64,000 bases of DNA from an uncultured Holophagales bacterium (lineage in GTDB: Bacteria; Acidobacteriota; Thermoanaerobaculia; Multivoradales; UBA5704), in NCBI GenBank assembly GCA_963842525.1, contig CAWJGT010000001.1:640001-704000 (forward strand). Reading direction: 5' to 3'. How positions within the stretch are numbered: position 1 is the first letter of the stretch; the number at the start of each line of letters is the position of its first letter. The translations under genes and the position numbers were made by a program. A model generated the notes under the pieces. It was not told the origin of the DNA. It did not search any database and saw only the letters and a program-made list of their open reading frames with translations. Positions 1 through 10,157 of the stretch are shown here, one piece after another.

Positions 1-1157
1 GGCTACGACCGGGCGTTCCGCGTCCTGCCGGCTCTTCTCGGGCGGCATGCAGAACCGGCGGACCGCCAGCAGGTGGAGGCCGAGCGCGATGCGAGGGCGC
101 TCCTCGATCTGCCTCGGGAGGAGCGGATCGAGAAGGTTCGCCGCGCGAGGGTCCGTTTCCGCGGCATGGCCCTGGTCCGGCCCTCCTTGACGAGAGCCGG
201 CGGCAGATCCCCGCAGACCCGGCCGAGTCCTTTCATCTGGCGGAGCTCGCTCGCACCGTCGTCCACCATTCGCCCGCGGCGCCTGACTCTTTCGACCTGA
301 CCGCGCTCGCCGCGGCGTGCATGGGCAATGCCCGCAGGGCGGCGGGTGCTCTCCGGGAGGCCGAACGTCTTTTCGGGCATGCCCGCTATGTCATCACCCA
401 TCATGGAGTGACCGAGACCGGGGTCCTGGCCAGGATCGACGAGCTGGAAGGGTCCCTGCGGAAGGACCAGAGGATCTTTGACCGCGCCGAGGAGCTGCTG
501 ACCCGATCCGCCATGCTGTATCGGGTGATCGGCGCCACGATCGAGACCGCTCGCGTTCTTCTCAATGTGGGCGATGTCTTCTTCTACCGAGGAATGCCGG
601 ATCAAGCCATCGCGGTTCTCCGCACGGCCCTCGAGGAGATCCCAGCGGACACCCAACCGAGGCTGTTCCTGAACGGCCGGCACAATCTGGCCCTCTATTT
701 GATCGAGTCCGGCCGGTACGACGAGGCGGCCGATGCTCTCGACACGGACGAGGACCTCTATCGCCGCTTTCCGGAGCCGTGGACGCAGCTCCGGCTCGTG
801 TGGCTGCGCGGCAAGATCGCGGTGGGACGGGGAGAGGCCGAGGTGGCCGAGCGGAGCCTGCTCGAGGCCCGCGACGGCTTCCTCGGCCTGGGGATCGGCT
901 ATGACGCCGCGATGGTGTCGCTGGACCTCGCCCTCGTCTATCTCCGCCAGGAGCGGAACGCCGAGATCCTCCGCCTCGCCGAGGAGATGTTCCCGATCTT
1001 CGAGGCCCAGGACGTCCACCGGGAAGCCATCGCCGCTCTCCAGCTCTTCCAGGAGGCCGCCCGCCGGCAGGAGGTCACGGCCGAGCTGGTGCGCGATCTG
1101 GCGGTGTACTTCCGGGAGGCTCGGATGGACCCATCGCTTCGGTTTCGGGAGCCCTGA
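1..1157 (+). CDS. TPR-repeat protein (5' partial; apparent frameshift near 150-300)
   Basis: ORF 321..1157 has TPR-like helices (HNLALYLIESGRYDEA; YDAAMVSLDLALVYL). Upstream ORF 73..300 looks like the out-of-frame N-terminal part. Confidence 0.7.
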   Translation, partial: LRPGVPRPAGSSRAACRTGGPPAGGGRARCEGAPRSASGGADREGSPREGPFPRHGPGPALLDESRRQIPADPAESFHLAELARTVVHHSPAAPDSFDLTALAAACMGNARRAAGALREAERLFGHARYVITHHGVTETGVLARIDELEGSLRKDQRIFDRAEELLTRSAMLYRVIGATIETARVLLNVGDVFFYRGMPDQAIAVLRTALEEIPADTQPRLFLNGRHNLALYLIESGRYDEAADALDTDEDLYRRFPEPWTQLRLVWLRGKIAVGRGEAEVAERSLLEARDGFLGLGIGYDAAMVSLDLALVYLRQERNAEILRLAEEMFPIFEAQDVHREAIAALQLFQEAARRQEVTAELVRDLAVYFREARMDPSLRFREP

Positions 1158-1158
1158 G

Positions 1159-1216
1159 CCTCACCCCCCTGGCCCCCCTCTCCCATCGCTCTCCCCCCGA
1201 CCGGGAGAGGGGGGAA
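1159..1216. repeat. REP-like palindrome, family A copy 1
   Basis: cctcacccc..ggcccccctctccc..gggagagggg directly after a stop codon; inverted copies at 8831 and 10700. Confidence 0.8.
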
Positions 1217-1365
1217 CGTGGTTCCGCCGCGGCATGGATTGCGCACGTTCCCTACCGGCACTATCATGTGTTCGTCGGCCGTAACCGGAATCCGGAATTC
1301 GCTGTGCCACGACGAGCCGCTGGCCGGTTTTGCAGAGCGAATGGCGAAGAGCCCAAGGAGCGAAG

Positions 1366-1659
1366 GTGCTCACCGCAGTCGAGGGTATCTATAAGGACGG
1401 GGAAGTGGAGCTTTTGGAGCGGCCGGCGGGCCTGAGGGAGGCACGGGTCATCGTCACCTTCCTTCCTCCGACGCCCGCTCCGTCCTCCCAGGCAGAGGCT
1501 CGCGACCGGATGCTCAAGCGGATGCGGGAAGGAATCCCTCTGGGCGGACCGCCGTATCCCAGGCTTCTCGAGCTTGCTGGAAGTGGCCTTTGGGAAGGGG
1601 ATCTCTCGGAGATGAGGGGAGACACCCCTTCACGGCAGGAGGCTCCTCGAGATCGCTAA
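1366..1659 (+). CDS. AF2212/DUF104-like antitoxin-family protein with a VapB-like tail
   Basis: GTG start after AAGGAG; LTAVEGIYKDGEVELLERP motif; C-terminal LAGSGLWEGDLSEMR resembles a VapB C-terminus. Confidence 0.55.
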   Translation: MLTAVEGIYKDGEVELLERPAGLREARVIVTFLPPTPAPSSQAEARDRMLKRMREGIPLGGPPYPRLLELAGSGLWEGDLSEMRGDTPSRQEAPRDR

Positions 1660-1703
1660 ACTCCGCTGCGCCACACAACACGCAGGCACAAATGGCGCGG
1701 GGG

Positions 1704-1808
1704 AAGCCCGGCGATGAATCGCCGGGCTAGCAACAGCGCCCCATGAATGGGGCTTGAAGCCGGGTTCACCCGGCGCTGTTTCTAGCCCGGGCATTCATGC
1801 CCGGGCGG
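1704..1808. repeat. REP-like composite palindrome, family B copy 1
   Basis: Hairpins agcccggcgatgaatcgccgggct, gccccatgaatggggc, gccgggttcacccggc, gcccgggcattcatgcccgggc; related copy at 8060-8129. Confidence 0.8.
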
Positions 1809-1817
1809 AAGGGCGGC

Positions 1818-2030
1818 TCACTCATGCTCCTGCTCCAGCAGCAAAGCTGCTGAGGTCCCAAGGTCGGTGGCGGGCCGTCGGGAGAGGCGTTCGTGCCATT
1901 CGTAGCGAGCCATCTCGCGTTCGAGGGCCGCCAGGGCGATGTCGCTGATCGTGCGCTTGTGCTGCTGCGCATAATTCCGCAGGCGTTGATGCAGGGCGTC
2001 CGGTAGATTCTTGACTTGGAGGTTTGCCAT
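1818..2030 (-). CDS. FitA-like ribbon-helix-helix antitoxin (no adjacent PIN toxin)
   Basis: MANLQVKNLPDALHQRLR is a typical FitA/RHH N-terminus. Confidence 0.75.
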   Translation of the reverse strand: MANLQVKNLPDALHQRLRNYAQQHKRTISDIALAALEREMARYEWHERLSRRPATDLGTSAALLLEQEHE

Positions 2031-2095
2031 AGCATGATGTTGGCATGCTCGCGGCATGCAGTCCAGGTACACCGACTCACGCGCGTCCCCCAGCT

Positions 2096-2875
2096 CTAGG
2101 ATTTTCCCCGAACAGATCGGCGAAGGCGTTCGATCTGCTCTCGCAGAGGCTTCCAGTACGCCGCGTCCAAGCGCCGCTCTTCGTCTTCCTCATTGCGCAT
2201 GGCTTGGCCGAGAGCGCCGCTCGCGAGATTCTCGGAGGTCGCCAGCGCGAGGAGGGGCCTTTCCCGAACGAGCCCCGCCACGGCATCGGCGTGAGCCTGA
2301 GCCGCCTCCACCAGAAGCTCTGGAGACCGGAGCTCCCGGAGCCAGAAGAGGATCCGTTCCGGTGTCGGCTCGGCCCGATGGCTCAGGTAATTGACGTCGA
2401 CCAGCCGGCGGATCATCGGCCAGTCTTTGTCTCGTTGGGTTTTCTTGGCGGCCACGAGGTCTGGCAGAGCCATGACTTCCAGCGTCTCGTCCTCGAAGGC
2501 GAAGGTGGTCCGCCGCGCCCAGAGCTCGGGGAACGGTGCGACGCCGCGCAGATGCGTCATGACATCTATTCGCAGTCCAGCGACCTCCGGCTGTTGACAG
2601 CGAAAATGGACGGCAAGGCCCTCCGTCAGGTGTTGCAGCGCAAAGGGTGGGACGGCGATGACCGCGGCGTCCAGCTCCGCGAGGGCGGTCTCGAGGCGGC
2701 CCAGATTGGTGGGGTCCGGCAGCAGGGCCAGGTCGAGATCGCGACTAAACTCCGCTGCGCCGTACAACACGCAGGCCTGGCCGCCCATCAACAGGTGGGC
2801 GACCTGATGTCTGCGGATCGTAGAAAGGGCTTTGCGGATCGGGCTCGGGATCAAGAGAGCCTCCCATCGCGACAA
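2096..2875 (-). CDS. Nucleotidyltransferase-fold protein (TA-like)
   Basis: GGQACVLYGAAEFSRDLD (G-G...DxD NTase motif) and KKTQRDKD motif; true start may be a few codons downstream. Confidence 0.75.
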   Translation of the reverse strand: MSRWEALLIPSPIRKALSTIRRHQVAHLLMGGQACVLYGAAEFSRDLDLALLPDPTNLGRLETALAELDAAVIAVPPFALQHLTEGLAVHFRCQQPEVAGLRIDVMTHLRGVAPFPELWARRTTFAFEDETLEVMALPDLVAAKKTQRDKDWPMIRRLVDVNYLSHRAEPTPERILFWLRELRSPELLVEAAQAHADAVAGLVRERPLLALATSENLASGALGQAMRNEEDEERRLDAAYWKPLREQIERLRRSVRGKS

Positions 2876-2975
2876 AATGGTGCCAGAGCCGGGCGCTCTC
2901 TTCCCAACGCTCCCAGGGTGTCATCCGGTACCAGGCAGCCCACTCCGGCTCGCAAATGTCGTCGATCTCGACCAT
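2745..2975 (-). CDS. Small partner protein of the nucleotidyltransferase
   Basis: MVEIDDICEPEWAAWYRMTPWERWEES...GGSLDPEPDPQSPF, 76 aa, overlaps the NTase start. Confidence 0.6.
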   Translation of the reverse strand: MVEIDDICEPEWAAWYRMTPWERWEESARLWHHFVAMGGSLDPEPDPQSPFYDPQTSGRPPVDGRPGLRVVRRSGV

Positions 2976-3037
2976 CGGCGGGATGGTAGCACGGCCCCGC
3001 GGGATAGAAGTGCCACCCACCTCGTCACAAGACCTCC

Positions 3038-4549
3038 TCACTCCCGCACTGTGTACTCCATGTAGAGCTCGGTCTCGTGGAAGTCCTGCTGGAAGCGCTT
3101 CCAGGCGGCGGCGGTCATGCCGTCCGGACGCTCCTCGCGGGGGAAGGGGTCGTCGATGCGGAAGACACGGCCGGCGCACTTCTCCTTGAGGCGGTTGACG
3201 AGGGGGTCGAAGGGCATCTTGTTCCAGCGCTTCTTGACCGCCATGTCGTGGTCGACCGGAACAAGAGCGACAAGATCGGGATGGGTCATCAGCTCGAGGC
3301 CCCGCGGCTCGTCTCCCAGGCCGCGGACGGTGGCGTTGTGGCTGCCGTGGTGGCCGACCTTGTAGAGGACGGTCCGCTCCAGCAGGTCCGCGGTCTTGAC
3401 CTCCCGGGTCTGGCGGCCCTCCTTGACGGTCCAGGTGAGGTTGTCCCAGGAGAGCCAGTTGCCGACCTGGGCGTCGGCCACGAAGAGCAGCACCTTGCCC
3501 GTCCCGGTGATCTCGATGGCCATTGCCAGGCTGGTGTTGTTGGTGTAGCTGTCGAGCTGGAGCGCGATCTCTCCCGCGGTGCCCAGCCAGTCGTCGTCGA
3601 TGCGCCGCCACCTGGAAGGATGCTTCTCCTCGAAGCCGTAATGGTCCTGGAAGAACGGCATGTCCTTGGCGTCCTTGGCGGGGACCCGCAGCCGCTCGTC
3701 GAACGGGAAGCTCAGGTTCCACAGCTCCCGGTCGACGTTCGACATGGAGGTCTCGTCCTGCACAGCCATGAGGAAGGCGGTGCGGGCGGTCACCGCAACA
3801 CCTTCGGAGTAGACCTCCTTGCCCTTGACCGTCGGATTGATGCGCCGCAGGGTCCGTTCGTCGTGCGGTGGGCCGAGGATGTAGAGACGCACGCCAGGGA
3901 CCGAGCGGATCCCCTTGGCCTTGGGCAAGGGGAGCGGACCCTCTCCGGGCCGCCGGTACTCCGGCTCGGTGCCGGCAGCCTTGGCCATCTCCCGCAACGC
4001 CAGGAGCGCATCGCCGGTGCTCAGCCGGCCCGCGGCTCCAAGAGCACCGCCAAGGTCGCCTCCCCCGGCGGCGGCCAGCGCCGTCGGCGAGTCGCCGAAG
4101 AAGCCCAGGACGTTGTCGATGTGGGTCATGGCCTGGGTGTCGACCGCACGCGCGAGGGCGAGCCGCAGCCCGTCCACGTCCTTGCGGAACTGGTCGCGCA
4201 GCCGGTTGGCGAGCTCGTCCTTGGGGTCTTCGGTCCAGGCGAACCAGAGGTTGTGGATGCGGAGCTTTTCGAACACCGTCCGCGCCTGGAGGAAGCCGGA
4301 GACATGATCCCAATGCTCGTGGGTGACCGCCAGGAGGTGGACGTCGCCGCCGGTCGCCTCGCGGATATCCTCGGCGACCTCGGTCATGATCGTCCCCGGG
4401 TCCGGGGTGCCGAGGATCACGCCGCAGTCGATCAGCATATAGAAAGGTTTTCCGGTGGTCCCTGCGAAGGCCAGCAGGAAACAGTCCCCCAGGCCCTGCC
4501 GGTACATGCGGACGGTGACGCCGGATTCGGGAGCTTCCATGCGCGCCAT
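3038..4549 (-). CDS. MBL-fold metallo-hydrolase (ComEC/Rec2-like)
   Basis: QGLGDCFL, LIDCG, THEHWDH (HxHxDH), NNTS, KVGHHGSHNAT. Confidence 0.85.
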   Translation of the reverse strand: MARMEAPESGVTVRMYRQGLGDCFLLAFAGTTGKPFYMLIDCGVILGTPDPGTIMTEVAEDIREATGGDVHLLAVTHEHWDHVSGFLQARTVFEKLRIHNLWFAWTEDPKDELANRLRDQFRKDVDGLRLALARAVDTQAMTHIDNVLGFFGDSPTALAAAGGGDLGGALGAAGRLSTGDALLALREMAKAAGTEPEYRRPGEGPLPLPKAKGIRSVPGVRLYILGPPHDERTLRRINPTVKGKEVYSEGVAVTARTAFLMAVQDETSMSNVDRELWNLSFPFDERLRVPAKDAKDMPFFQDHYGFEEKHPSRWRRIDDDWLGTAGEIALQLDSYTNNTSLAMAIEITGTGKVLLFVADAQVGNWLSWDNLTWTVKEGRQTREVKTADLLERTVLYKVGHHGSHNATVRGLGDEPRGLELMTHPDLVALVPVDHDMAVKKRWNKMPFDPLVNRLKEKCAGRVFRIDDPFPREERPDGMTAAAWKRFQQDFHETELYMEYTVRE

Positions 4550-4558
4550 GGCTTCCTC

Positions 4559-6581
4559 CTATTCCACCGAGCGGTGCAGGAACGCGAACGGTTCCTTGAG
4601 CCCGCTCTGGCTCAGGCTGCCGAAATAGAGGGCGCGCAGCGACGTGTCACCTTCTCCCGTGAGGAAGGCCCGCTGCCGCTCCATCCGGCGCTCGTTGTTG
4701 ATGTCCTTGTAGATGTAGTAGCGCACCTCGAAGGACTCGGCGTCGACGATCACGGTGGCGCCGCCGCGGAACTTGAAATCGGGCGGCGGCGGAGACGCCT
4801 CCTCGCCGCGGTCGACCCGCGCCTGGAGGTTGCGGTCGAAATAACCGGGCCGCCACTGCGTCACCTCGATCACCAGGTCCACCAGCAGGTCGCCGTCGGG
4901 GCCGACCCGGCGGCAGGGGCGCAGCGAATGGATCTCGAACGTGCTGCCGTCCCCGCCGCGCATCCCCTTGAGGACCTGCGGTTTTTTGATCAGCTCGCTG
5001 CCGGGTTTGTCGAGCTGCTCCATGACTTTCCCATGGAGCAGGGCCCGCAGCTCGCCCAGCCGGTTGTAGGTCTGCTCGCGGTGGCTGTGGAGGTCCCAGC
5101 GGCGGGCGTCCTCGGGCAGCTCCTTGAGGAAGTCCAGGAAGACCGGCGTGAAGTCCTCCGACGACGGCGCCGACCAGAGCAGGCTGTCCACCGACAGGCT
5201 GCGCACGTCCCGCGGGTAGATGCCGTGGCGGCGGAAGGCTTCGACGACCGCGATGCGGTAGCCCCGGTCGTCGTCGCGCACCAGGTCGTGGTCGGCAGTG
5301 ATCAGGCCGCGCAGGTAGTCGCCGAAGGTCAGGTCGACCGGCGGGCAGTAGTCGAGGGCGCGGAGGCACATCATGAGGATGTGCTGCGCGGACTTGGCCG
5401 CCTCGGCTGCGAGACGGTCGACCAGGTCCGGATGGAGGTGCCCCTCGGGGAGGACGCCGGTGCCGCCGGTCGCGATGCGCAGCAGGTCGGCCGTGCGCGT
5501 CCGGTAGATGGAGATGAAGGCGTCGAACACCGCCGAGACCAGGAGCGCGCCGCGGGCGTGCGGCTCGGCCTCGGCGAGCCGGGCCGGGTCGGGCTGCGCG
5601 CAGCTCCCAGCGGCCGGTTTTGTCGTTGAAGCCGCCCAGGGCGTCGCGCAGCGCGCCGCGGGCGCCCATGGCCTGGCCGAACTCCTGGGCGAGCTGGCCG
5701 AGGAGGTTCTCGGTCCCCAGGTCCCCACGCGTCTTGGCGATCTGGTTGCACAGCACCTCGGGGAAGGAGAAGTGCTGGAAGAGCGCCACGATGTCGGCGA
5801 ACGCCTCGTGGAAGGCGAGCACGTCCGAGTTGCTCGGCTCGTTGAACCGCCGGTGCAGGCCGTCGAGCAGGGCGTGGGTGGTCTCGTGGGCGATGATGTC
5901 GTGCGACAGGCAGGTGAAGACCATGCCGCCGGGGAGATGGTCGCGCACGTCGGAGGTGCCGGCCGGGAAGTAGCCGAAGAGCAGCGCCTTCTTCTGCGGG
6001 CTGTAGTAGGCGTTCGCCTCGCGCAGCGCGTGCGGGTAGATCCGCAGGCGCGGCACGTACTCCTCCTGGTATTGGTCGTTCTCCTCGTAGAGCCGTGGCG
6101 CCCAGAAGACGGTGCGGCCCAGGGCCTTCTCGAAGTTGCGGATGGTCATCATGGCCACGGCGTAGACCATCTGCTGGTGGAACTGCGGGTTGCCTTCCGA
6201 GCAGGCGAGGCCGTCCTGGGCCAGCAGGTACGGGTCGTTGAGATTGACGGGCTCGTAGAAGCAGCCGCTCGCCGGATCGATGTCGACGACCTCCACGTAT
6301 TCGCCGACCGGTCCGGGCCGCGGCAGATCCTTGCCCGTCGCGGGGTCGACCTCCCAGGGGACCTTCACGGTGATCTCGTTGATCCCGTAGTACTCCAGCT
6401 TCCCCGAAAGGCTGGGGTCGAAGGCGTAGACCCGCAGCCGGCGGAAGGGCGGGCGCCGGACCGGGATCGAACGGGAGCGGGGGGGCGCCGGCGCGGTCTC
6501 CGGAGCCGGGGATGGTGGCGTCGCTGTCTCGGACATATCGGGCATGAGGTCGGCTCCTCCCACTGCGCCTCGCTTCTTCAC
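4559..6581 (-). CDS. M4/M36-like zinc metallopeptidase (one frameshift near 5600)
   Basis: REANAYY, HETTH (HExxH), HEAFAD third ligand in ORF 4647..6581; C-terminal half (EPHARGALLV) continues in ORF 4559..5728. Confidence 0.8.
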
Positions 6582-6625
6582 ATCTGTGTCCCGTGCCTTT
6601 CTATTATCCTATCTTCTGGTGCCAT

Positions 6626-7531
6626 ATGACATCAGATGAGTTGAAGCCCATCGAGCCCATCTTCGTCGCCGATCTCTTCCCCGGTCTGCACTGCGAGCTC
6701 CTGGAGCTGCTGCGGGGCCTGCAGGACGACGACTGGGCTCGCCCCACCGCGGCGCGCAGGTGGTGCGTCAAGGACGTGGCCGCCCATCTCCTGGACGTCC
6801 AGATCCGCAGGCTTTCCGGGCTCCGGGACCATCACGCACCGGCTCCGCCCGGCCCCATCGAGAGCTACGGGGACCTGGTCCGCTTCCTCGATAGCCTCAA
6901 TGGCCAATGGGTCGAGGCAGCGCGGCGCATCAGCCCGCGGCTCTTGATCGATCTCCTGGCGCTGGTCGGCCCGCAGCTCGCGGCCGTCCTGGCCTCGGTC
7001 GACCCATTCGCGCCGGCCCTCCCCGTGGCCTGGGCTGGCGAAGAGGCCTCGCCGGCCTGGTTCGACGTCGCGCGCGAATACACCGAGCACTGGCACCACC
7101 AGGCCCAGATCCGCGACGCCGTGGGCGCGCCGGGCCTCGTCTCCCGCGCGTGGCTCCACCCGATGCTCGACGTCTCCATGAGAGCCCTGCCGCACGCCTA
7201 CCGCGACACGGCCGCCGAGGAGGGAGCCGCCGTGGTCTTCGAAGTGACCGGCGAGGCGGGCGACACGTGGTCCCTGCTGCGCGAGCCGCAAGGATGGACG
7301 CTCTTCCGCGGGGAGGCTGAGGAAGCCCTCTGCCGCATCATCTTGAGCGACGACACCGCCTGGCGGCTGCTCTACAACAGCCTTGCGCCCGAGGAGGCGG
7401 AGGCGCGGGTCGAGGTGACCGGCGAGCGCGCGCTGGCGGAGCCGTTGCTGCGGACCCGCTCGGTGATGGTGGCGGTACCGGTTTGGGGGGCAGAGAGGCG
7501 ACCAGCGCTCCCTAAACGGGCCGAGCGCTGA
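6626..7531 (+). CDS. Maleylpyruvate isomerase N-terminal-domain (MDMPI/DinB-like) protein
   Basis: W.VKDVAAHL and EHWHHQAQIRDAVG motifs. Confidence 0.8.
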   Translation: MTSDELKPIEPIFVADLFPGLHCELLELLRGLQDDDWARPTAARRWCVKDVAAHLLDVQIRRLSGLRDHHAPAPPGPIESYGDLVRFLDSLNGQWVEAARRISPRLLIDLLALVGPQLAAVLASVDPFAPALPVAWAGEEASPAWFDVAREYTEHWHHQAQIRDAVGAPGLVSRAWLHPMLDVSMRALPHAYRDTAAEEGAAVVFEVTGEAGDTWSLLREPQGWTLFRGEAEEALCRIILSDDTAWRLLYNSLAPEEAEARVEVTGERALAEPLLRTRSVMVAVPVWGAERRPALPKRAER

Positions 7532-7557
7532 CACGCCAATGTGACGCGACGGCGACG

Positions 7558-7881
7558 TCAGTGACTGACGGCGGCGGGCGCGGCCTGGAGGCTTCTGATG
7601 CGCCTCAGGTCGGCGGCCTCGGCGATGCCAGCGTGATACAGATCCCAGCGAAGCTGCAGGTTCAGCCAGAACGCCGCGGAGGTGCCGAAGAACTTGGCGA
7701 GGCGGAGCGCCGTGCTCGGGGTCACTCCCCGCTTCCGGTTCACCAACTCGTTGACACGCTGGTAGGGGACGTGGATGGCTTCGGCCAGATCCCTCTGGGA
7801 CAGGGACATCGGCTTGAGAAACTCCTCGAGGAGCATCTCTCCGGGATGGGTAGGCTCGCGGTGGGTGGGAACTCGTACCAT
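7558..7881 (-). CDS. higA: HigA-family addiction module antitoxin
   Basis: PTHPGEMLLEEFL...TALRLAKFFGTSAAFWLNLQ. Confidence 0.9.
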   Translation of the reverse strand: MVRVPTHREPTHPGEMLLEEFLKPMSLSQRDLAEAIHVPYQRVNELVNRKRGVTPSTALRLAKFFGTSAAFWLNLQLRWDLYHAGIAEAADLRRIRSLQAAPAAVSH

Positions 7882-7899
7882 AGATGCCTCTTTTGCTGC

Positions 7900-8010
7900 C
7901 TAGGTTAGCTCGTCAATGTAGAGGCTCTGCGGGCAACTGCGGCGGGCCTCCTTGGTGTTTCTGCCATAGAAAATGTCCTCTGCGCCCTGCTCCTTGAACG
8001 AGCGGATCAT
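7900..8010 (-). pseudogene. higB: Truncated HigB toxin
   Basis: MIRSFKEQGAEDIFYG is a HigB N-terminus but ends after 36 aa, upstream of higA. Confidence 0.75.
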
Positions 8011-8059
8011 GGTGACATGGTAGCACGGATGGCATGCTATAGGGAGAGCGGAGGGAACC

Positions 8060-8129
8060 AGCGCCGGGTGAACCCGGCAAGCCCCATTCATGGGGCGCTG
8101 TTCCTAGCCCGGGCATTCATGCCCGGGCG
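8060..8129. repeat. REP-like palindrome, family B copy 2
   Basis: gccgggtgaacccggc, gccccattcatggggc, gcccgggcattcatgcccgggc. Confidence 0.8.
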
Positions 8130-8130
8130 A

Positions 8131-8824
8131 CTACGGCCCCCCGACCATCCGCCAGAGCTGATAGCCGATCCACATCAGCCCTGCGTCGGCGAGGCCGTGG
8201 CTGAGCCAGGGGCCGTAGAGCGAGCCGCTCCGGTGATAGGTCCAGGCCCAGATGAGGCCGGCACAGGTGACGGTCAGGGAGAGGAGCCAGGTCGCGAGGC
8301 CGTAGCCGCCGAGGAACTGGCCGACCAGGATGACGTGATGCGCGGTGAAGGCCAGGCTGGAAAGGATTGCCGCGCCGGCGACAGGGAGGTGGTGGCGGAG
8401 GCGGCCGAAGACGAACCAGCGCCAGTAGTACTCCTCCAGGAGTGAGTGGAGAAGCGCGTAGAAGATTGCGAGCAGGAAGTATTCGCCTGCCGTATCGATC
8501 CCGAAGGAGGCGATCTTCCGTGCCACCGCCGCCGGTGCCCGGTTCGAACGCCGGGCTGCTCGCGAGGAGCGGCCTCCAGGCGGCAAGCAGGAAGGCCAGC
8601 ACGGCCAATCCCGAGAGCAGGCCGATCCACAGCCCCGGCAGGGCCGGCTTTTTCAGAAACCGCAGCGGCCGGCGCTCGATCCCGAGGATCCAGAGGAGTG
8701 GAAAGGCGAACTGGACGAGCTTGCAGGCCGCGAAGAGCGGCGTCGTCCATGGCGTGCCGGACAACGCCACGAAATAGAGCCAGGTTGCCAGCGTGGGGAA
8801 CAGGCACGCGAAGGCGAGCGCCAT
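8131..8824 (-). CDS. CPBP/CAAX-family intramembrane metalloprotease (frameshift near 8540)
   Basis: HSLLEEYYWR, FTAHH, SHGLAD motifs; hydrophobic N-terminal half in another frame. Confidence 0.85.
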
Positions 8825-8830
8825 GCCTTC

Positions 8831-8885
8831 TCCCCCTCTCCCGGGGGCAGGTGGGGCGATGGGAGAGGGGGCCGAAGGGTGAGGG
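8831..8885. repeat. REP-like palindrome, family A copy 2
   Basis: ccccctctcccgg..gatgggagagggggccgaagggtgaggg. Confidence 0.75.
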
Positions 8886-8912
8886 TTCGCGAGCGGCTCC
8901 AGCGGATTTCCC

Positions 8913-10079
8913 TCAGGAGAGGAACATGGGCAAACCCATCACGCCCACGATCTTGGGACGGTATTCGTCCCGGTCGTAGAACTTCTCGACGTCGACCTGC
9001 TTCTTCCCTTCGCCGGTGACCTCGATGGGCTGTGTGCTGTAGCGGCCCGCATTGATGGACACCAGCCTTCCGGTCTTGCCCGCCAGGATCAGGTCGGCTG
9101 CGAGAGTGGCGAAGTTGTTGGCCACCAGCCGGTCGAGGGAGTCCGGCGGCCCCGAACGCATCAGGTATCCGAGGCGCTGGTAGATGACGCGGTCCCCGGT
9201 CGTCCCCTGCAGGGCCTCGCGCAGGTGGCGGCCGACGCCGCCGAGCTCGCGGTGGCCCACGGCGTCGGCCTCGCCCGCCTCGAACGGCTGCATGCCGATA
9301 GGGTGGGCCCCTTCCGAGATGGCGGCGACGGCGTAGTTGCTGGGGTTCGAACGCTTGTCCTCGGACAACATCCGGGCCACCGCCTCGGTGTCGAAGGGGA
9401 CCTCGGCGATCAGCGCCCGGTCGACGCCCGCCAGGTAGGAGGCGAGCAGGCAGGTCTCGCCCGAGTAGCGGCCGAAGAGCTCGACGACCAGGTAGCGCTC
9501 GTGCGAGCCGGCTGCGGTACGCAGGTCGTTGATGAAGTTCACGGCGCGGGTGACAGCGGTCGAGAAGCCGATGCAGTAGTCGGTGCCGAAGACGTCGTTG
9601 TCCATGGTCTTCGGCAGGCCGATGATCTTGACACCTTCTGTATGAAGACGCCGCGCGAAGGAGAGCGTGCCGTCGCCGCCGATGGCGACCAGGGCGTCCA
9701 GGCGCAGGTGCTCGAGGGTCTCCAGAGCGGCGGCGGTGAGGTCGATCAGGCCGTTCGGACCCGGCGGCGGGGCCTTGCTCCGCAGGTGCGCGGGGACCGC
9801 TTCCGGCCGAGTGAGGGCCGGATTGATCCGCGAGGTGTGGAGGATGGTCCCGCCGCTGCGGTCGATGGTGCGCGTGTTGCCCCGTGTCAACGGCAGGGTC
9901 CACTCGTCGTTGCCCGGAGCGTCGCGGAACGGGACCATGTGGAGCAGGGCCGCCCAGCCGCGGCGCAGCCCCACCACCTCGTAACCGGCATCGCGCATCC
10001 GCCAGACGAACGTCTTGATCGCCGCGTTGAGGCCGGGGACGTCGCCGCCTCCGGTCAGGATGCCGACGCGGCGGGTCAT
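8913..10079 (-). CDS. pfkA: 6-phosphofructokinase
   Basis: ILTGGGDVPGLNA, GGTILHTSR, IGGDGT, PKTMDND. Confidence 0.92.
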   Translation of the reverse strand: MTRRVGILTGGGDVPGLNAAIKTFVWRMRDAGYEVVGLRRGWAALLHMVPFRDAPGNDEWTLPLTRGNTRTIDRSGGTILHTSRINPALTRPEAVPAHLRSKAPPPGPNGLIDLTAAALETLEHLRLDALVAIGGDGTLSFARRLHTEGVKIIGLPKTMDNDVFGTDYCIGFSTAVTRAVNFINDLRTAAGSHERYLVVELFGRYSGETCLLASYLAGVDRALIAEVPFDTEAVARMLSEDKRSNPSNYAVAAISEGAHPIGMQPFEAGEADAVGHRELGGVGRHLREALQGTTGDRVIYQRLGYLMRSGPPDSLDRLVANNFATLAADLILAGKTGRLVSINAGRYSTQPIEVTGEGKKQVDVEKFYDRDEYRPKIVGVMGLPMFLS

Positions 10080-10157
10080 GGACGACCCTCCGGCAGTAAC
10101 GCTACCTTTGTAGCGATACAATGGCGCGGGGCCGGAGCATGCCCGGAGGTGAGCCCA

